A stretch of 64,000 nt of DNA from Planktothrix sp. GU0601_MAG3. Lineage in GTDB: Bacteria; Cyanobacteriota; Cyanobacteriia; Cyanobacteriales; Microcoleaceae. Of the stretch, positions 1 to 12,302 are shown piece by piece. The notes under the pieces are model-generated. The model made no database searches and was not told where the DNA came from. It saw only the letters and a list, made by a program, of their open reading frames with translations. Location: positions 4,404,578 through 4,468,577 of the forward strand of contig CP136572.1 in assembly GCA_035193785.1 (NCBI GenBank), in the 5' to 3' direction. The stretch's first letter is position 1, and every line of letters starts with the position of its first letter. Position numbers and translations under genes: made by a program.

Positions 1-40
1 ACTTTTCACAAATTTTGCGGACTGATGCTCGAACTTTCAT
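1..40 (-). CDS. rpmJ: 50S ribosomal protein L36, 5' part (runs off window)
   Basis: Reverse complement from ATG at 40 reads MKVRASVRKICEK; follows infA as expected. Confidence 0.93.
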   Translation of the reverse strand, partial: MKVRASVRKICEK

Positions 41-143
41 GCCAATTAGAGCGACGCTACAACAAATTTATTATTATATCACTGAAAGCTGATTTTTATC
101 TAGTCTAACCCTTAACCTTTGGGATAAGGGGTAAGATTTCCAT

Positions 144-368
144 CTATTTTTTGCGTAAACGATAGGTGATCCTGCCTTTGGTCAAGTCATAGGGGGTTAA
201 TTCCACTTTGACTCTATCTCCAGGTAAAATCTTAATGTAATTCCTACGGATTTTTCCCGAGATGTGGGCCAAGACATTAAATCCATTATCCAGGTCTACG
301 CGAAACATAGCATTTGGAAGGGATTCAGTGACTGTCCCTTCCATTTCAATCAGATCCTGTTTAGCCAA
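144..368 (-). CDS. infA: Translation initiation factor IF-1
   Basis: [24 protein letters not shown]...[20 protein letters not shown]. Confidence 0.98.
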   Translation of the reverse strand: MAKQDLIEMEGTVTESLPNAMFRVDLDNGFNVLAHISGKIRRNYIKILPGDRVKVELTPYDLTKGRITYRLRKK

Positions 369-682
369 GTTGTTTTTACCTCAATTCAACAATCCATCCC
401 GTCGATCAACAAATGACCGAGATTTGCTCATCTGATGACATTCAGAAATCCGAGTTTAAACGTATTTCTTAACATATTTTATCAAAAATCGGAGCGTAAT
501 CTCTGTTTTTTGTCAATCTCTTAGCTTTAATTTTCATTAAAACCCAAGGCAAAACCGGAGGTGAGGGCCAGAAAATTGACTGTATTTGCAGTAATAAATT
601 CAGCCCAATCACTTTCAAATTAGCACTTGTAGCCTTGTTGATTCCTAAAAGGGGTTGCAACTTGACCGACCCAGAATTTTTA

Positions 683-1252
683 CTAAGCAGAAACAACCTG
701 TTTCAACTCTTGAGTAATCTCATCCATGGAACGGTTGCCATTGATAGATTGGAGTTGATTGCGATCAAGATAGTAATTAATTAAGGGAGCCGTTTGTTCC
801 CGATACACTTGTAAACGGTGACGAATAACTTCCTCTTGGTCATCCTGACGTCCTCTGGCTAACAATCGTTCTACCAGAATCTGATCAGGAACATCCAGGT
901 TAATCACCTTCAGATCGACCGTGCTGTTTTTAGCTTCCCCGTCAACTTTCAGGACAAGGGCTGCGATAAAATCAGCCTGAGAAATATTTCGAGGAAACCC
1001 ATCCAAAATCCAACCGTTCAGAGCATCGGACTCCTCAAGACGATGTTCCACCATATCCAAAATCAATTGATCGGGGACTAATTCGCCTTGATCCATATAG
1101 TCCTTAGCTTTTTGGCCCAGATCAGTTTCTTCACCGACATGGGTGCGTAAAATCTCACCCGTCGAGATATGGGGAACCCCAAAACTCGCAGCTATAATAG
1201 CTGCTTGAGTCCCTTTGCCTGCCCCTGGAGGGCCGAGAAAAATCAAACGCAC
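683..1252 (-). CDS. adk: Adenylate kinase
   Basis: GPPGAGKGTQA P-loop, HISTG, WILDGFPR; lies after secY. Confidence 0.97.
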   Translation of the reverse strand: MRLIFLGPPGAGKGTQAAIIAASFGVPHISTGEILRTHVGEETDLGQKAKDYMDQGELVPDQLILDMVEHRLEESDALNGWILDGFPRNISQADFIAALVLKVDGEAKNSTVDLKVINLDVPDQILVERLLARGRQDDQEEVIRHRLQVYREQTAPLINYYLDRNQLQSINGNRSMDEITQELKQVVSA

Positions 1253-2560
1253 TATCGTTTCACCATCCCTTCATATCGTTGAGAAATCACATAGGTTTGC
1301 ACCTGTTTCGCCGTATCAATGGCTACACCCACCAAAATCAGGAGAGATGTGGCACCAAAGCCCCGAAAAGTCGGAACCCTTGTGGCGCTCTCAACGATCG
1401 TGGGGATAATGGCAACTAAACCTAAAAAGATCGCTCCTAAGAACGTCAATCGATTTAAAACCCGCTCAATATACTCACTGGTCGTGCGACCCGGACGAAT
1501 CCCCGGAACACTCGCCCCCATTTTCTTCAGGTTTCTGTGCCATATCTACGGGATTCATAATTAATGAAGCGTAGAAATAGCTAAAGAACACAATCAGTAC
1601 CAAATAGAAAGCCGCATACAGCCAGGGAGTTGATCCACTAGGAGTTAGAGCCGTTGCTATTTGAACCAGAACTGGATTGTTAGTAAATTGAGACAGAGAA
1701 GCGGGCAGAACCAAAACCGCCGAGGCGAAAATAATTGGCATCACACCCCCTTGATTTAATCGCAGAGGCAAATAGCTGGTTTTTTCTCGGTATAATTTTC
1801 GGCCCACTTGCCGACGGGCGGAAACAATCGGAATTCGACGAGTTCCCTCCTGAACAAAAACAATCCCAACGATCATCGCCAGGAAAACAATTAACAGGAG
1901 AATCACCCGACCGACAATGGCTTGATCTCCACTTTGGGCTAATTCTAGGGTCTGACCCAAAGAAGTTGGTAAAACTGCTACGATACCCAGAAAAATCAGT
2001 AAAGAAGCACCGTTACCAATCCCCCGTTCGGTAATTAGTTCCGAGAGCCACATCACAAACATTGATCCGGCTACCAGGGCTAGAACTACTTGAACTTGGA
2101 ATAGGGGGCCAGGGTTATTAGCAAAGGGATTAATCCAAATGGAGATCCCCACACTTTGTAACACAGCCCACCCCAGGGCCACATAGCGAGTAATTTGGGA
2201 AATCTTCCGGCGTCCGGCCTCTCCCTCATTTTTCTGTAGATCTTCCAGACTGGGCAAAGCCGCCGTCATCAATTGCATGATGATGGAGGCATTAATGTAG
2301 GGCAAAATCCCTAGGGCAAAAATTCCCAGCGCCGAAAGTCCACCCCCAGAAAATAAATCGAGGAATCCGATCACCGGATTATTTTGAATTGCCGCTCGGA
2401 AACTAGCCGTATCAATACCGGGAATCGGTAGAAACACGCCCACACGCACCAGGATCAGTAAGCCAATGGTGACTAGAATCCGACCTCTTAGACCAGCAGC
2501 TTGAGCCATCTGCAAGAAAGTTTCCTGTGCAGTTGGCGCCTTGTCTCGACTAACGACCAT
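1252..2560 (-). CDS. secY: Preprotein translocase SecY (split by +1 base at 1531-1535)
   Basis: IFALGILPYINASII, PLRLNQGGVMPIIFAS, GATSLLILVGV; removing one base from GTTTC restores MAQNLKKMGA. Confidence 0.97.
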
Positions 2561-2659
2561 GAAGGACTACCTCAATCAGTTATCAGTAATCAGTTATCAG
2601 TTATCAGTCATCAGTTATTCGTTAGGGGTTAACAGTTAATAGCCAACAACTATTAACTC

Positions 2660-3127
2660 TTACGCCGATAACTGTTTACTGTTGACCGATAACTGACAAG
2701 TCCCGCCTGCTGCTTCAATTTTGGTACGAGCACCTTGAGTAAATGCAGCCGCTTCTATCAGAAGGGCGACATTGAGTTCTCCATTCCCTAAAATTTTCAG
2801 AGGGCCACGACTTGCGGTAAGGAGTCCCGCTTCTAGTAGGTAAGCTAGAGTAACCTCTGTATTGGCAGACAGGGATGACAATTCACCTACATTAATCGTA
2901 GTGTACTGTTTCCGATTAACTTGAGGAAATCCCTTGAGTTTGGGAAGGCGTCGATACAGAGGGTTTTGACCGCCTTCAAAACCAGGGCGGGTGCTGTGAC
3001 CGGAACGGGAATTTTGCCCCCGCATCCCCTTACCACAGCTTGCACCTTGACCAGCAGAGATCCCACGACCTAGGCGACGTCCGCGTTTGCGAGAGCCTGG
3101 TTTGGGTATAGCATCGTTGAGTCTCAT
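2660..3127 (-). CDS. rplO: 50S ribosomal protein L15
   Basis: [32 protein letters not shown]. Confidence 0.97.
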   Translation of the reverse strand: MRLNDAIPKPGSRKRGRRLGRGISAGQGASCGKGMRGQNSRSGHSTRPGFEGGQNPLYRRLPKLKGFPQVNRKQYTTINVGELSSLSANTEVTLAYLLEAGLLTASRGPLKILGNGELNVALLIEAAAFTQGARTKIEAAGGTCQLSVNSKQLSA

Positions 3128-3166
3128 GATTGCTTATACTTGAACAGTTTCAGATGGACAACGGAA

Positions 3167-3710
3167 TTAAGCATAAAGATGCTCAATGGGAACTCCCCGC
3201 TCTTGGGCTACATCCGCGAGGGTGCGTAATGATTGCAAAGCGTCAATGGTGGCTCTGGCGTTATTCAGAGGATTACTGGAGCCGAGTTGTTTGGCTAAGA
3301 TATTCCGAACGCCCGCCAGTTCTAAAACGGTACGGACGGCTCCGCCAGCAATTACCCCCGTCCCAGGAGAAGCGGGACGCATCATCACTTTAGCTCCGCC
3401 TCCTCCGCCATTGATGGGATGGGGAATGGAATTGGATTTGGTTAAAGGAAACCTCGATCACGTTTTTGCGACCATCGGCAACGCCTTTTTTGACGGCTCC
3501 AATCACATCGGCGGCTTTACCGACACCGACACCTACTTGACCTTTTTCATTCCCGACGATGACTACAGCCCGAAAGCTAAGTTTTTTACCGCCCTTCACC
3601 ACCTTAGTGACACGACGGATTTGTACAACCCGTTCTTGCCACTCGACTTCTTTTTCTTTGGTGCGGCTACCTTTTTTGTTGTTGCGCCGCTGTTGCTGCT
3701 GCTCTGCCAT
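3167..3710 (-). CDS. rpsE: 30S ribosomal protein S5 (split by +1 base at 3448-3452)
   Basis: [14 protein letters not shown] + [12 protein letters not shown]; correction gives [14 protein letters not shown]. Confidence 0.96.
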
Positions 3711-3873
3711 AGTTTTAATATTCTGAACAACGTTGATTTCAGTAGGGGCCAGGTCTCCTCGCCCTATCAGTCATCAGTAATCAGTAATCATTTAGGTTGT
3801 TGTCGTCATTCATGGTTGATTAACAATAACTTCTATTTTATTTGATTGACTGTTTACTGTTTACTGCTTACTA

Positions 3874-4236
3874 TTAGAAGTCTAATCCAGCTTCTCGGGC
3901 TGCATCAGCTAGGGCTTTCACGCGACCGTGATAGATATATCCGCCCCGATCAAATACCACTTTTTTAATGCCTTTAGCCACGGCCCGTTCAGCAATTAAC
4001 TGCCCGATTTTGACAGAGGCATCACAGGTTGCCCCGGACGAATCTGCTGATTTAAAATCGGGTTCTACGGTAGAGGCTGCGACTAGGGTGTGATGTTTTG
4101 TATCATCAATCACCTGCACATAAATGTGATGGTTGGAGCGAAACACTGCTAATCTAGGCCGTTCAGAGGTTCCAAAGACCTTGACCCGAACTCTCCGATG
4201 ACGACGATCCCGGGATTCTTGACGAGTTAGTTTCAT
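3874..4236 (-). CDS. rplR: 50S ribosomal protein L18
   Basis: [40 protein letters not shown]. Confidence 0.97.
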   Translation of the reverse strand: MKLTRQESRDRRHRRVRVKVFGTSERPRLAVFRSNHHIYVQVIDDTKHHTLVAASTVEPDFKSADSSGATCDASVKIGQLIAERAVAKGIKKVVFDRGGYIYHGRVKALADAAREAGLDF

Positions 4237-4239
4237 AGT

Positions 4240-4789
4240 TTATTTTTTCCCACCCTTACCAGTTTTACCAGCTTTACGTCTGACCACTTCGCCTTGATAA
4301 CGAATGCCTTTGCCTTTATAGGGTTTCAGGGGGACGCACGGCACGAACCTTGGCGGCCATATTACCGACAATTTCCTTGTCAATCCCGCTAATGATCACG
4401 TTAGTGTTGTTTTCAACGGCAACGCGAATACCTTCCGGGGGGATCATTTCCACGGGTTTGCTATAACCGACGTTTAACACCAGGTTTGTACCTTGTACCG
4501 CTGCCCGATAACCGACCCCTTGGATTTCCAAACGACGTTCAAAGCCATTAGAAACCCCTTCAACCATATTAGATACCAGGGTTCGACAGAGGCCATGACG
4601 CTGACGAGCCGTGCGAGACTCGGAGGCTCGCTTGACGTTAACGGTTTCTCCGTCCTGTTCGACCACAACTTCCGGGGGAAGCACACGGGATAGTTCACCC
4701 TTGGGGCCTTTAACTATAACCTGTTGACCATTAATGGTTAGGGTGACAGCGGGGGGTACAGAAATTGGACGTTTACCAATCCTAGACAT
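4240..4789 (-). CDS. rplF: 50S ribosomal protein L6 (+1 base at 4323-4327)
   Basis: MSRIGKRPI...; correction restores [13 protein letters not shown]...[13 protein letters not shown]. Confidence 0.96.
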
Positions 4790-4939
4790 AGTTGTTTATT
4801 TGTTTCAATTCTCGAATAGAAAAGGGTTGGATTAGTTCTAATCGTGCTCGTTGACTGTTCACACCAGATACAGCAGACAAAACATAAGGCTTTGAAATCA
4901 GTAAACCCTAAGTCTGAGTCAGTGAGATGGGCGAACTTT

Positions 4940-5341
4940 TTACCAAATGTAGCAAAGCACTTCACCACCAACACCTTGGCGTCGGGCTTCTCGGTCAGTC
5001 ATGACCCCACAAGACGTAGAAATAATTGCCACACCAATGCCACCTAATACGCGAGGGAGTTCCTTGCGGTTGCGATACACTCGCAAACCCGGTCGGCTGA
5101 CTCGCTCTAATTTCTGGATGGTTGGAGCTTTCGTTTTAGAGTTGTACTTGAGGGAGACCACCAAGTATTTTTTAATGCCTTCGCCTGTTTCCTCAAAGTC
5201 TGCAATAAAGCCCTCTTGTTTGAGAACTTGGGCTATACTACGAGTCATTCTTGTAGAAGGAATTTGTGTAGTTTGATGCCGCGCCATGCAAGAATTGCGA
5301 ATGCGCGTCAACATATCCGCAATAGTATCGTTTGCCGCCAT
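4940..5341 (-). CDS. rpsH: 30S ribosomal protein S8
   Basis: [29 protein letters not shown]. Confidence 0.97.
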   Translation of the reverse strand: MAANDTIADMLTRIRNSCMARHQTTQIPSTRMTRSIAQVLKQEGFIADFEETGEGIKKYLVVSLKYNSKTKAPTIQKLERVSRPGLRVYRNRKELPRVLGGIGVAIISTSCGVMTDREARRQGVGGEVLCYIW

Positions 5342-5359
5342 AGTTTCCTCGTTACTTTA

Positions 5360-5912
5360 CTACACACCGCTTTCCCGAAAAGGCATTCCCATTTCTTTGA
5401 GCAAGGCTCGCCCTTCTTCATCGGTTTTGGCCGTGGTGACAATTGAAATATCTAAGCCTCGAATTTGATCAATACTGTCATAGCTGATTTCAGGAAAGAT
5501 CAGTTGTTCTCGGACACCCAAACTGTAGTTACCTCGACCATCAAAACTTTTTCCACTCACACCCCGAAAGTCACGAATCCGAGGTAAGGATAAGTTGATT
5601 AGTCGATCTAAGAAGGCATACATCCGTTCTGAACGCAGGGTCACCATCACACCAACGGGCATTCCTTTGCGGACTTTGAATCCAGCAATGGCTTTTGTGG
5701 CTCTTGTGACTACGGGTTTTTGTCCGGTAATCACGGCCAATTCATTCAGGGAGGACTCTAACGCTTTAGCATTTTGAGACGCTTCACCTAAACCCCGGTT
5801 GATTGTGACCTTAACAATCTTAGGAACCTGATGGATGTTCTCATATTGGAAACTGCTCCATCATTTTGGGGACGATTTTGTCCAAGTAGACAGTCTTGAG
5901 TTTAGCTACCAT
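5360..5912 (-). CDS. rplE: 50S ribosomal protein L5 (+1 base at 5849-5853)
   Basis: ATG at 5912 MVAKLK...; [18 protein letters not shown]; correction gives [13 protein letters not shown]. Confidence 0.96.
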
Positions 5913-6036
5913 AGTGAGTTGCTCTTTATAAATCCTGGGCTTTGTCAGGATGGTTGACAATTGGAATCACGAATTACGAATTACGAATTACGAATGGGTT
6001 TGGGTTTTGGGTAATTCCCTGTGCCCTGTTCCCTCT

Positions 6037-6390
6037 TTAATCGATAATTTCGCCCGTTTTTTTCAGCATTCTCACCTTACGTCCGTCTTCGGTAAAGGTG
6101 TAACACACCCGACTGGCAACGTTTTCCTTGGTGGAATACAGCATCACATTAGAACTGTGAACTGGAGCTTCAAAAGTCGTAATCTGACCGGATTCTCCCT
6201 CTTGACGAGGTTTAACGTGCTTGGTTCTCACGTTAACATCCTTAACAACGACTTTACTGGCTTTGGGAAGAACCCGGATAATTTCTCCGACTTTTCCTTT
6301 ATCGCTACCCGTAATCACCTGCACGGTATCGCCTTTTTTAACGTGCATTTTATAGCGTTCGGGCTTATTAGATGTGGTTTTTTTGGACAT
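6037..6390 (-). CDS. rplX: 50S ribosomal protein L24
   Basis: [27 protein letters not shown]. Confidence 0.97.
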   Translation of the reverse strand: MSKKTTSNKPERYKMHVKKGDTVQVITGSDKGKVGEIIRVLPKASKVVVKDVNVRTKHVKPRQEGESGQITTFEAPVHSSNVMLYSTKENVASRVCYTFTEDGRKVRMLKKTGEIID

Positions 6391-6758
6391 TACAGAACCT
6401 CCGGTGCAAGGGAAACAATTTTCGTGAAATTCTTATCCCGTAGTTCCCGAGCCACAGGGCCAAATACACGAGTGCCTCTGGGGTTACCGTCTGCGTTGAT
6501 AATCACCGCCGCATTGTCATCAAACCGAATGCTCATGCCACTATCTCGACGTAAACTATGACGAGTACGGACGATTACGGCCCGAACTACATCAGATCTT
6601 TTTACCGCCATATTGGGAATTGCATCCTTGACCACCGCAATGATCACATCGCCGATTCCGCCATAGCGACAGTTGCCCCCTTTTAAAACGCGAATACACA
6701 TGAGTTTCCGCGCACCGCTATTGTCAGCAACATTGAGAATTGTTTGGACTTGAATCAT
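6390..6758 (-). CDS. rplN: 50S ribosomal protein L14
   Basis: [34 protein letters not shown]. Confidence 0.98.
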   Translation of the reverse strand: MIQVQTILNVADNSGARKLMCIRVLKGGNCRYGGIGDVIIAVVKDAIPNMAVKRSDVVRAVIVRTRHSLRRDSGMSIRFDDNAAVIINADGNPRGTRVFGPVARELRDKNFTKIVSLAPEVL

Positions 6759-6796
6759 GATCTCCCGTTTTTCTTTCTCAAGTAATACCCAAATCC

Positions 6797-7054
6797 CTAC
6801 AGATTGGTTTTGTCATTACCGCTTAGAATTTCGACCACATTCCAGCGTTTTGTTTTGCTTAAAGGGCGAGTTTCAGAAATACGAACTCTATCCCCCTCTT
6901 GACATTTGTTGTCTTCGTCGTGGGCTTTATATCGTTTAGTTTTGACGACAATTTTGCCGTATTTAGGATGGGGAGAACGGTTTTCTACCGTTACAACCAC
7001 TGTTTTATCCATTTTGTTACTAACGACCAAGCCAACTCTTTCTTTTACTGCCAT
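6797..7054 (-). CDS. rpsQ: 30S ribosomal protein S17
   Basis: [31 protein letters not shown]. Confidence 0.97.
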   Translation of the reverse strand: MAVKERVGLVVSNKMDKTVVVTVENRSPHPKYGKIVVKTKRYKAHDEDNKCQEGDRVRISETRPLSKTKRWNVVEILSGNDKTNL

Positions 7055-7187
7055 AGTGCAAATCTCTCCAAAGTCAGTTATTAGTCATCGGTCATCAGTC
7101 ATCATTTAACAGTTATCGGTTTTTGGTTTCTGGTTTTTAGTTATCAGTTCTGATTCGGTGAGTTGATAACTATTAACGATTAACTTT

Positions 7188-7415
7188 TCACTGATCACTG
7201 ATTACTAATAACTGATTACTGATTTGGCGTTCCCGTTCCACCGTTTTTAATTGGGCTAAACGATGGCGCGTGTGCTTAAACTCGTGGGGTTTTTCTAAAC
7301 GCCCGGTTGCTTTGAGTAACCGCAAGTTAGCCAATTGTTTTTTGATGTCCAAGATTTGCTGAGACAGTTCTTCATCATTTAACTGTCTGGCTTCTTCGAT
7401 TTTAGGAAAAGACAT
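7188..7415 (-). CDS. rpmC: 50S ribosomal protein L29
   Basis: ARQLNDEEL...LEKPHEFKHTRHRLAQLKTVERER; operon position. Confidence 0.95.
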   Translation of the reverse strand: MSFPKIEEARQLNDEELSQQILDIKKQLANLRLLKATGRLEKPHEFKHTRHRLAQLKTVERERQISNQLLVISDQ

Positions 7416-7472
7416 AAAAGAGTCCTGTGGTATTGACAGTTAACCGTTAACGGTTAATGGTTAACAGCACTT

Positions 7473-7899
7473 TTATTGAGCTTCTTCGTCAACGGGGCGG
7501 GCAATAAATTTGGTTTTAATCGGCAATTTAAACGCCGCTAACCGCATTGCTTCCCGGGCAATTTCTTCGGTAACTCCGGCAATTTCAAATAATACCCGGC
7601 CGGGTTTGACCACAGCCACCCAATACTCAGGAGCACCTTTACCGGAAACCCATACGGGTTTCAGCGGCTCTCATGGTTACGGGCTTATCGGGGAAAATCC
7701 GAATCCAAATTTTTCCACCCCGACGAATATAACGAGTCATGGCTCGACGGGCTGCTTCGATTTGGCGAGAGGTAATCCAACAGGGTTCTAAAGCTTGCAG
7801 TGCGAAATCACCGAAATTTAGATCATTACCGCGGGTCGCTTGACCTCTCATACGGCCACGCTGTTGTTTGCGGAATTTTGTTCTTCTTGGACTTAACAT
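7473..7899 (-). CDS. rplP: 50S ribosomal protein L16 (+1 base at 7645-7649)
   Basis: [16 protein letters not shown]; correction restores ETRMGSGKG...KLPIKTKFI. Confidence 0.96.
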
Positions 7900-7995
7900 G
7901 ATCGAATCCGATAATCAGTAATAACTTATCCATGCCCACCAGACGCGCCATGGCACGCCTGTACCAGTCAATAGATAACACAGACAACAATCCTT

Positions 7996-8724
7996 TTATC
8001 CTTCGTTAGAACGGTCGTCATATTTTTGACGACGAGGTTGCCGATTCCGACGGGGTTGATTGGTCGGAGCATTCGCCAATTCCTCTTGTCCTGGGATAAT
8101 TTCGCCCTTAAAGACCCAAACTTTAACGCCGAGAATGCCGTAAACAGTCAACGCTGTGTAGTAAGCGTAGTCAATATCAGCCCGGAGGGTATGCAGAGGA
8201 ACTCTGCCTTCCCGAGTCCATTCAGTTCGAGCGATTTCTGCTCCGTTCAACCGACCGCTGACTTGAATTTTGATCCCTTCAATTCCGGCTTTTTGCGCCC
8301 GGGTAATGGCCTGACGCACGACTCGACGGAAGGAAACCCGTTTTTCTAGTTGTTGGGCGATATACTCAGCAATTAAGGTGGCATCCGCATCAACCTTGGC
8401 AACTTCCACCACGTTGATCCGAATTTGGCGATTATTGCCGAGTTTTTTCTGGAGACCCAGACGCAGGGTTTCAATTCCTGCCCCCCCACGACCCACCACC
8501 ACACCCGGTCTGGCGGTATGAATTTCTAAGTCAACTTGATCGGCTTTACGTTCAATTCGGACTTTAGAAATTCCGGCATTACTCAATTCCTTGCGAACAT
8601 ACTCCCGAATCGTATGGTCTTCTTGTAACAGTTCGGGATACTGTTTGGAATCCGCAAACCAACGAGATCGATGTTCTTGGGTAATTCCTAACCGGAACCC
8701 AATAGGATTAATTTTTTGTCCCAT
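7996..8724 (-). CDS. rpsC: 30S ribosomal protein S3
   Basis: [34 protein letters not shown]. Confidence 0.98.
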   Translation of the reverse strand: MGQKINPIGFRLGITQEHRSRWFADSKQYPELLQEDHTIREYVRKELSNAGISKVRIERKADQVDLEIHTARPGVVVGRGGAGIETLRLGLQKKLGNNRQIRINVVEVAKVDADATLIAEYIAQQLEKRVSFRRVVRQAITRAQKAGIEGIKIQVSGRLNGAEIARTEWTREGRVPLHTLRADIDYAYYTALTVYGILGVKVWVFKGEIIPGQEELANAPTNQPRRNRQPRRQKYDDRSNEG

Positions 8725-8789
8725 GTTTCAATTCTTTTTTAGAAAAGAGTTAGAATTTCCTACTCGCACTTGCTGCTGATGGTAATTTC

Positions 8790-9146
8790 CTACTCCGTGG
8801 CCGGAGCTACGGCAACCACAATATGACAAGTCGGCTTTCTAATTTGGTAGGCACGACCCTGGGCGCGAGGTCTAAACCGTTTAATGGTTGGCCCTTGATC
8901 CGCGTAAGCCTGGGAAATCACTAAACTGGCAGGATCTAGACCAGAATTGTGTTCTGCGTTAGCAACCGCAGAGCGTAAAACTTTGAGAATTGGCTCACAA
9001 GACCGATAGGGCATGAATTCCAAAATAATCAAAGCTTCCCGGTAGGATCGTCCTCGAATCTGATCCAAGACTCGTCTGACTTTATGAGGTGACATCCGAA
9101 TGTAACGAGCGATCGCCTTCACCTCGGCGCTAGTATCTATAGCCAT
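8790..9146 (-). CDS. rplV: 50S ribosomal protein L22
   Basis: [27 protein letters not shown]. Confidence 0.97.
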   Translation of the reverse strand: MAIDTSAEVKAIARYIRMSPHKVRRVLDQIRGRSYREALIILEFMPYRSCEPILKVLRSAVANAEHNSGLDPASLVISQAYADQGPTIKRFRPRAQGRAYQIRKPTCHIVVAVAPATE

Positions 9147-9281
9147 AGTTAACGTATCCGCATTATCAGTTATCAGTTATCAGTTTATCGGACGTGCTTC
9201 ATAGCCAGCGATGCCCGTGGGCTATTAGCGCGTCTTCATCAGTTATCAGTGAATAAAATATTTACTGTTTACTGTTTACTG

Positions 9282-9560
9282 TTAACGGCGGGCTTTTTTG
9301 TCACTTTTAGCGTGACCTCGGAAGGTACGAGTTGGAGCAAATTCTCCCAATTTGTGACCGACCATTTGTTCCGTGAGAAACACAGGAACGTGTTGTCTGC
9401 CGTTGTGGACGGCGATCGTATGACCCACCATTTGAGGAATAATCGTCGATGCTCTTGACCAGGTTTTAATTACCTGTTTTTCTCCCTTAGCATTGAGTTT
9501 TTCAACTTTGCTCAGGAGATGATCAGCCACAAAAGGGCCTTTTTTAAGTGAACGAGACAT
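9282..9560 (-). CDS. rpsS: 30S ribosomal protein S19
   Basis: [29 protein letters not shown]; start placed at ATG 9560. Confidence 0.97.
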   Translation of the reverse strand: MSRSLKKGPFVADHLLSKVEKLNAKGEKQVIKTWSRASTIIPQMVGHTIAVHNGRQHVPVFLTEQMVGHKLGEFAPTRTFRGHAKSDKKARR

Positions 9561-9647
9561 AGTTAATTTATTAACCGTTAAGGTGTCAAGGTGTTGCAGT
9601 GTTGACTGTTGACCGAAGGAATCGTCAACGGCCAACCGACAACCCGA

Positions 9648-10511
9648 TTAAGTTTGCCGTCCACCTTTACCCCGTTTCGAGGACTTCCGACGACGACGAA
9701 CAATCAAAGCGGTACTGCGTTTTTTCTTGTTCCGAGTCTTCGCGCCTAGGGCGGGTTTACCCCAAGGAGTAACAGGGCCAGAACGACCGATAGGAGCGCG
9801 TCCTTCACCACCACCATGGGGGTGATCCACCGGGTTCATCACACTACCGCGAACTTCAGGACGACGACCTTTCCAGCGCTTCCGACCGGCTTTGCCGATA
9901 CTGATGTTCCGAGCATCAATATTACCCACCTGTCCAATGGTGGCGTAGGATTTAGCTGGGATTTTGCGTTGTTCCCCCGAAGGTAATTTCAGGGTCACAT
10001 AGTCCCCTTCTTTTGCCAGTACTTGAGCCGTAGCACCGGCGGCTCGAACGATTTGTCCCCCTTTACCGGGAATCAATTCGACGTTATGCACGTCCGTCCC
10101 CAACGGAATTTTCGATAGGGGCAGGGCATTCCCGATCTCGATGGGAGCTTCTGGGCCAGAAACAATCATGGTTCCGACTTTGAGTCCTAACGGATGCAGG
10201 ATATAACGCTTTTCCCCATCGGTGTAATACACCAGGGCAATCCGAGCATTACGGTTGGGATCGTACTCAATCTCAGCGACTCTGGCGAGGATTTCGTGCT
10301 TATCGCGACGAAAATCAACGATTCGATACAGCTTTTTGTGTCCGCCACCCCGATGACGGCAGGTAATCACGCCCCGGTTGTTTCTGCCTTTATCCCGGTG
10401 TTTGGAAGTGGTTAAAGAACGTTCCGGTTCAGAACGGGTAATTTCTGCAAAATCAGAAACAGTATGTTGGCGAGTACCGGGAGTATAGGGTCGGTATGAA
10501 CGAATTCCCAT
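9648..10511 (-). CDS. rplB: 50S ribosomal protein L2
   Basis: [25 protein letters not shown]. Confidence 0.98.
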   Translation of the reverse strand: MGIRSYRPYTPGTRQHTVSDFAEITRSEPERSLTTSKHRDKGRNNRGVITCRHRGGGHKKLYRIVDFRRDKHEILARVAEIEYDPNRNARIALVYYTDGEKRYILHPLGLKVGTMIVSGPEAPIEIGNALPLSKIPLGTDVHNVELIPGKGGQIVRAAGATAQVLAKEGDYVTLKLPSGEQRKIPAKSYATIGQVGNIDARNISIGKAGRKRWKGRRPEVRGSVMNPVDHPHGGGEGRAPIGRSGPVTPWGKPALGAKTRNKKKRSTALIVRRRRKSSKRGKGGRQT

Positions 10512-10632
10512 TATCTAATCCTTACTAATCAGTAATCAGTTATCAGTTATCAGTTATCAGTCAAGAAAAAATGCAAGATTTAAGGTTTAATTCCTACAAT
10601 ATTTACTGTTCACTGATGACCAACAACTGACT

Positions 10633-10938
10633 CTACACCCCAGGGAACAATACTTTCCGCAGAGGCTCCCCATCCTCTAGGGTAATAATTGCCCGTTTGT
10701 AGCCTGTTTTAAAGCCCACAAATTTACCGACCCGACGACGTTTACGAGGCGGAATATGGGTATTAACGGCTTTGACTTTCACGGGGAATAACAGTTCAAT
10801 CGCTTGTTTGATCATCGGCTTAGTTGCGTGCCGATCAACATCAAAGGTGAACTGATTGATTTCCATCAACCTCGTAGCTTTTTCCGTCACAATCGGACGC
10901 TTTACCAAATCAATCAGATCGCCGGGATCATGTTGCAT
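10633..10938 (-). CDS. rplW: 50S ribosomal protein L23
   Basis: [28 protein letters not shown]. Confidence 0.95.
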   Translation of the reverse strand: MQHDPGDLIDLVKRPIVTEKATRLMEINQFTFDVDRHATKPMIKQAIELLFPVKVKAVNTHIPPRKRRRVGKFVGFKTGYKRAIITLEDGEPLRKVLFPGV

Positions 10939-11566
10939 CTCCGTAAACCTCCTGAATTTTGGCTAGGGCAGCAGCGGTGGTTACAATTTTGTCAGCGGCC
11001 AGGACGTCATAAACATTCAAGCTATCGGACAAGCACATTCTCAATTTGGGGATGTTGCGACCGGACAGATAAATATTGGGTTGTTTCTCTGACAGCACCA
11101 ACAGAACTCTAGCTTCGGCTTCAATGCCCCAACGGGTCATGGCCGATACTAGGTCTTTGGTTTTAGGTCGAGAAAACTGATCCGCAAAGTCTTCTACCAC
11201 AATCAGATCCTCAGCCCGGCTTTGAAAGGCGGTGCGTAGGGCTAACTGTCTTTCTTTGCGATTCATTTTCTGGGAATAGTCTCTGGGTTTTGGCCCAAAG
11301 ATCACCCCGCCCCCTCGCCAGAGGGGAGAACGAATAGAACCGGCTCTAGCGCGACCTGTACCTTTTTGACGCCAAGGTTTGCGACCACCCCCCCGAACTT
11401 CCGCTCGGGTTTTGGTGCAGGCTGTACCTTGACGAGCATTGGCTAGTTGCCGGACTACGGCTCTATGAACAATATGACTGGCATTTTCGGGAGATGCGAC
11501 TTTCAGATCCAGGGTCGCTTGCCCTACGGTTTCACCTTGCCAATTTCGGACTACACAATCAACCAT
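10928..11566 (-). CDS. rplD: 50S ribosomal protein L4
   Basis: [33 protein letters not shown]. Confidence 0.97.
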   Translation of the reverse strand: MVDCVVRNWQGETVGQATLDLKVASPENASHIVHRAVVRQLANARQGTACTKTRAEVRGGGRKPWRQKGTGRARAGSIRSPLWRGGGVIFGPKPRDYSQKMNRKERQLALRTAFQSRAEDLIVVEDFADQFSRPKTKDLVSAMTRWGIEAEARVLLVLSEKQPNIYLSGRNIPKLRMCLSDSLNVYDVLAADKIVTTAAALAKIQEVYGDAT

Positions 11567-11580
11567 AGTTATCTCCTTGA

Positions 11581-12271
11581 CTACTTACCACCGACGATGT
11601 TAGCTGGGGCGATGCTCAACAAACCACCGGGCTTGCCAGGAAACCGCTCCTTTGACTAACAGGAGGTTACGTTCAGGATCGATACGCACAACGATTAATT
11701 TGCGAGTGGTAACTTGGCTGTCTCCATAATGTCCAGCCATGCGTTTTCCAGGATAAACACGACCAGGAGTGGTTCCTGGGCCGATCGAACCAGGTTGACG
11801 ATGGTTTTTGGAACCGTGGGCCATGGGGCCGCGTTTGAAGTTATGCCGTTTTTGATAACCGGAGAAGCCACGACCCATAGTGGTTCCACTGACATCCACC
11901 AGTTGTCCTGGGGTGAAAATATCAGCTTTGAGTTGTTGGCCCAATTCAAAAGATTCGGGTTCACTCACCCGGTATTCTTTCAAGTGACGTACACAGGTGC
12001 CGCCGGATTTGGCTAAATGTCCTTGTTCCGCATTGCTGAGATACTTATTGACCTCTTTGTCGGGAGTTTTTTTTGTATTAAGCTTGCGTTTGTTATCAGG
12101 AACTTCACCGTATCCCAGTTGGATGGCTGTGTAGCCGTCGGTTTGTTTGGTCTTAATCTGGGTTACAATGCAAGGCCCGGCTTGAATGACGGTGACAGGA
12201 ATGGCTTTCCCGCTTTCCGCTTCAAATATTTGGGTCATGCCAACCTTTGTGCCGAGGATACCTACAGACAC
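11581..12271 (-). CDS. rplC: 50S ribosomal protein L3 (+1 base at 11640-11644)
   Basis: [32 protein letters not shown]; correction restores [12 protein letters not shown]. Confidence 0.96.
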
Positions 12272-12302
12272 TTAAACTAGCCTCTCTTTTCTAAGCATTA
12301 CA

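Noticed and set aside
469..696. 75-aa ORF between adk and infA
   Set aside because: No recognisable motif or start context; probably non-coding
3186..3845. 219-aa plus-strand ORF and similar antisense ORFs (5950-6561, 47282-47704)
   Set aside because: Shadow frames opposite well-supported genes
1252..12271. Pseudogenisation or programmed frameshifting of secY and r-protein genes
   Set aside because: These are essential genes and every break is the same GAAC-linked insertion with no slippery heptamer; sequencing error is far more likely
2660..12271. Absence of rpsJ, rpsN and rpmD from the cluster
   Set aside because: Normal for cyanobacteria
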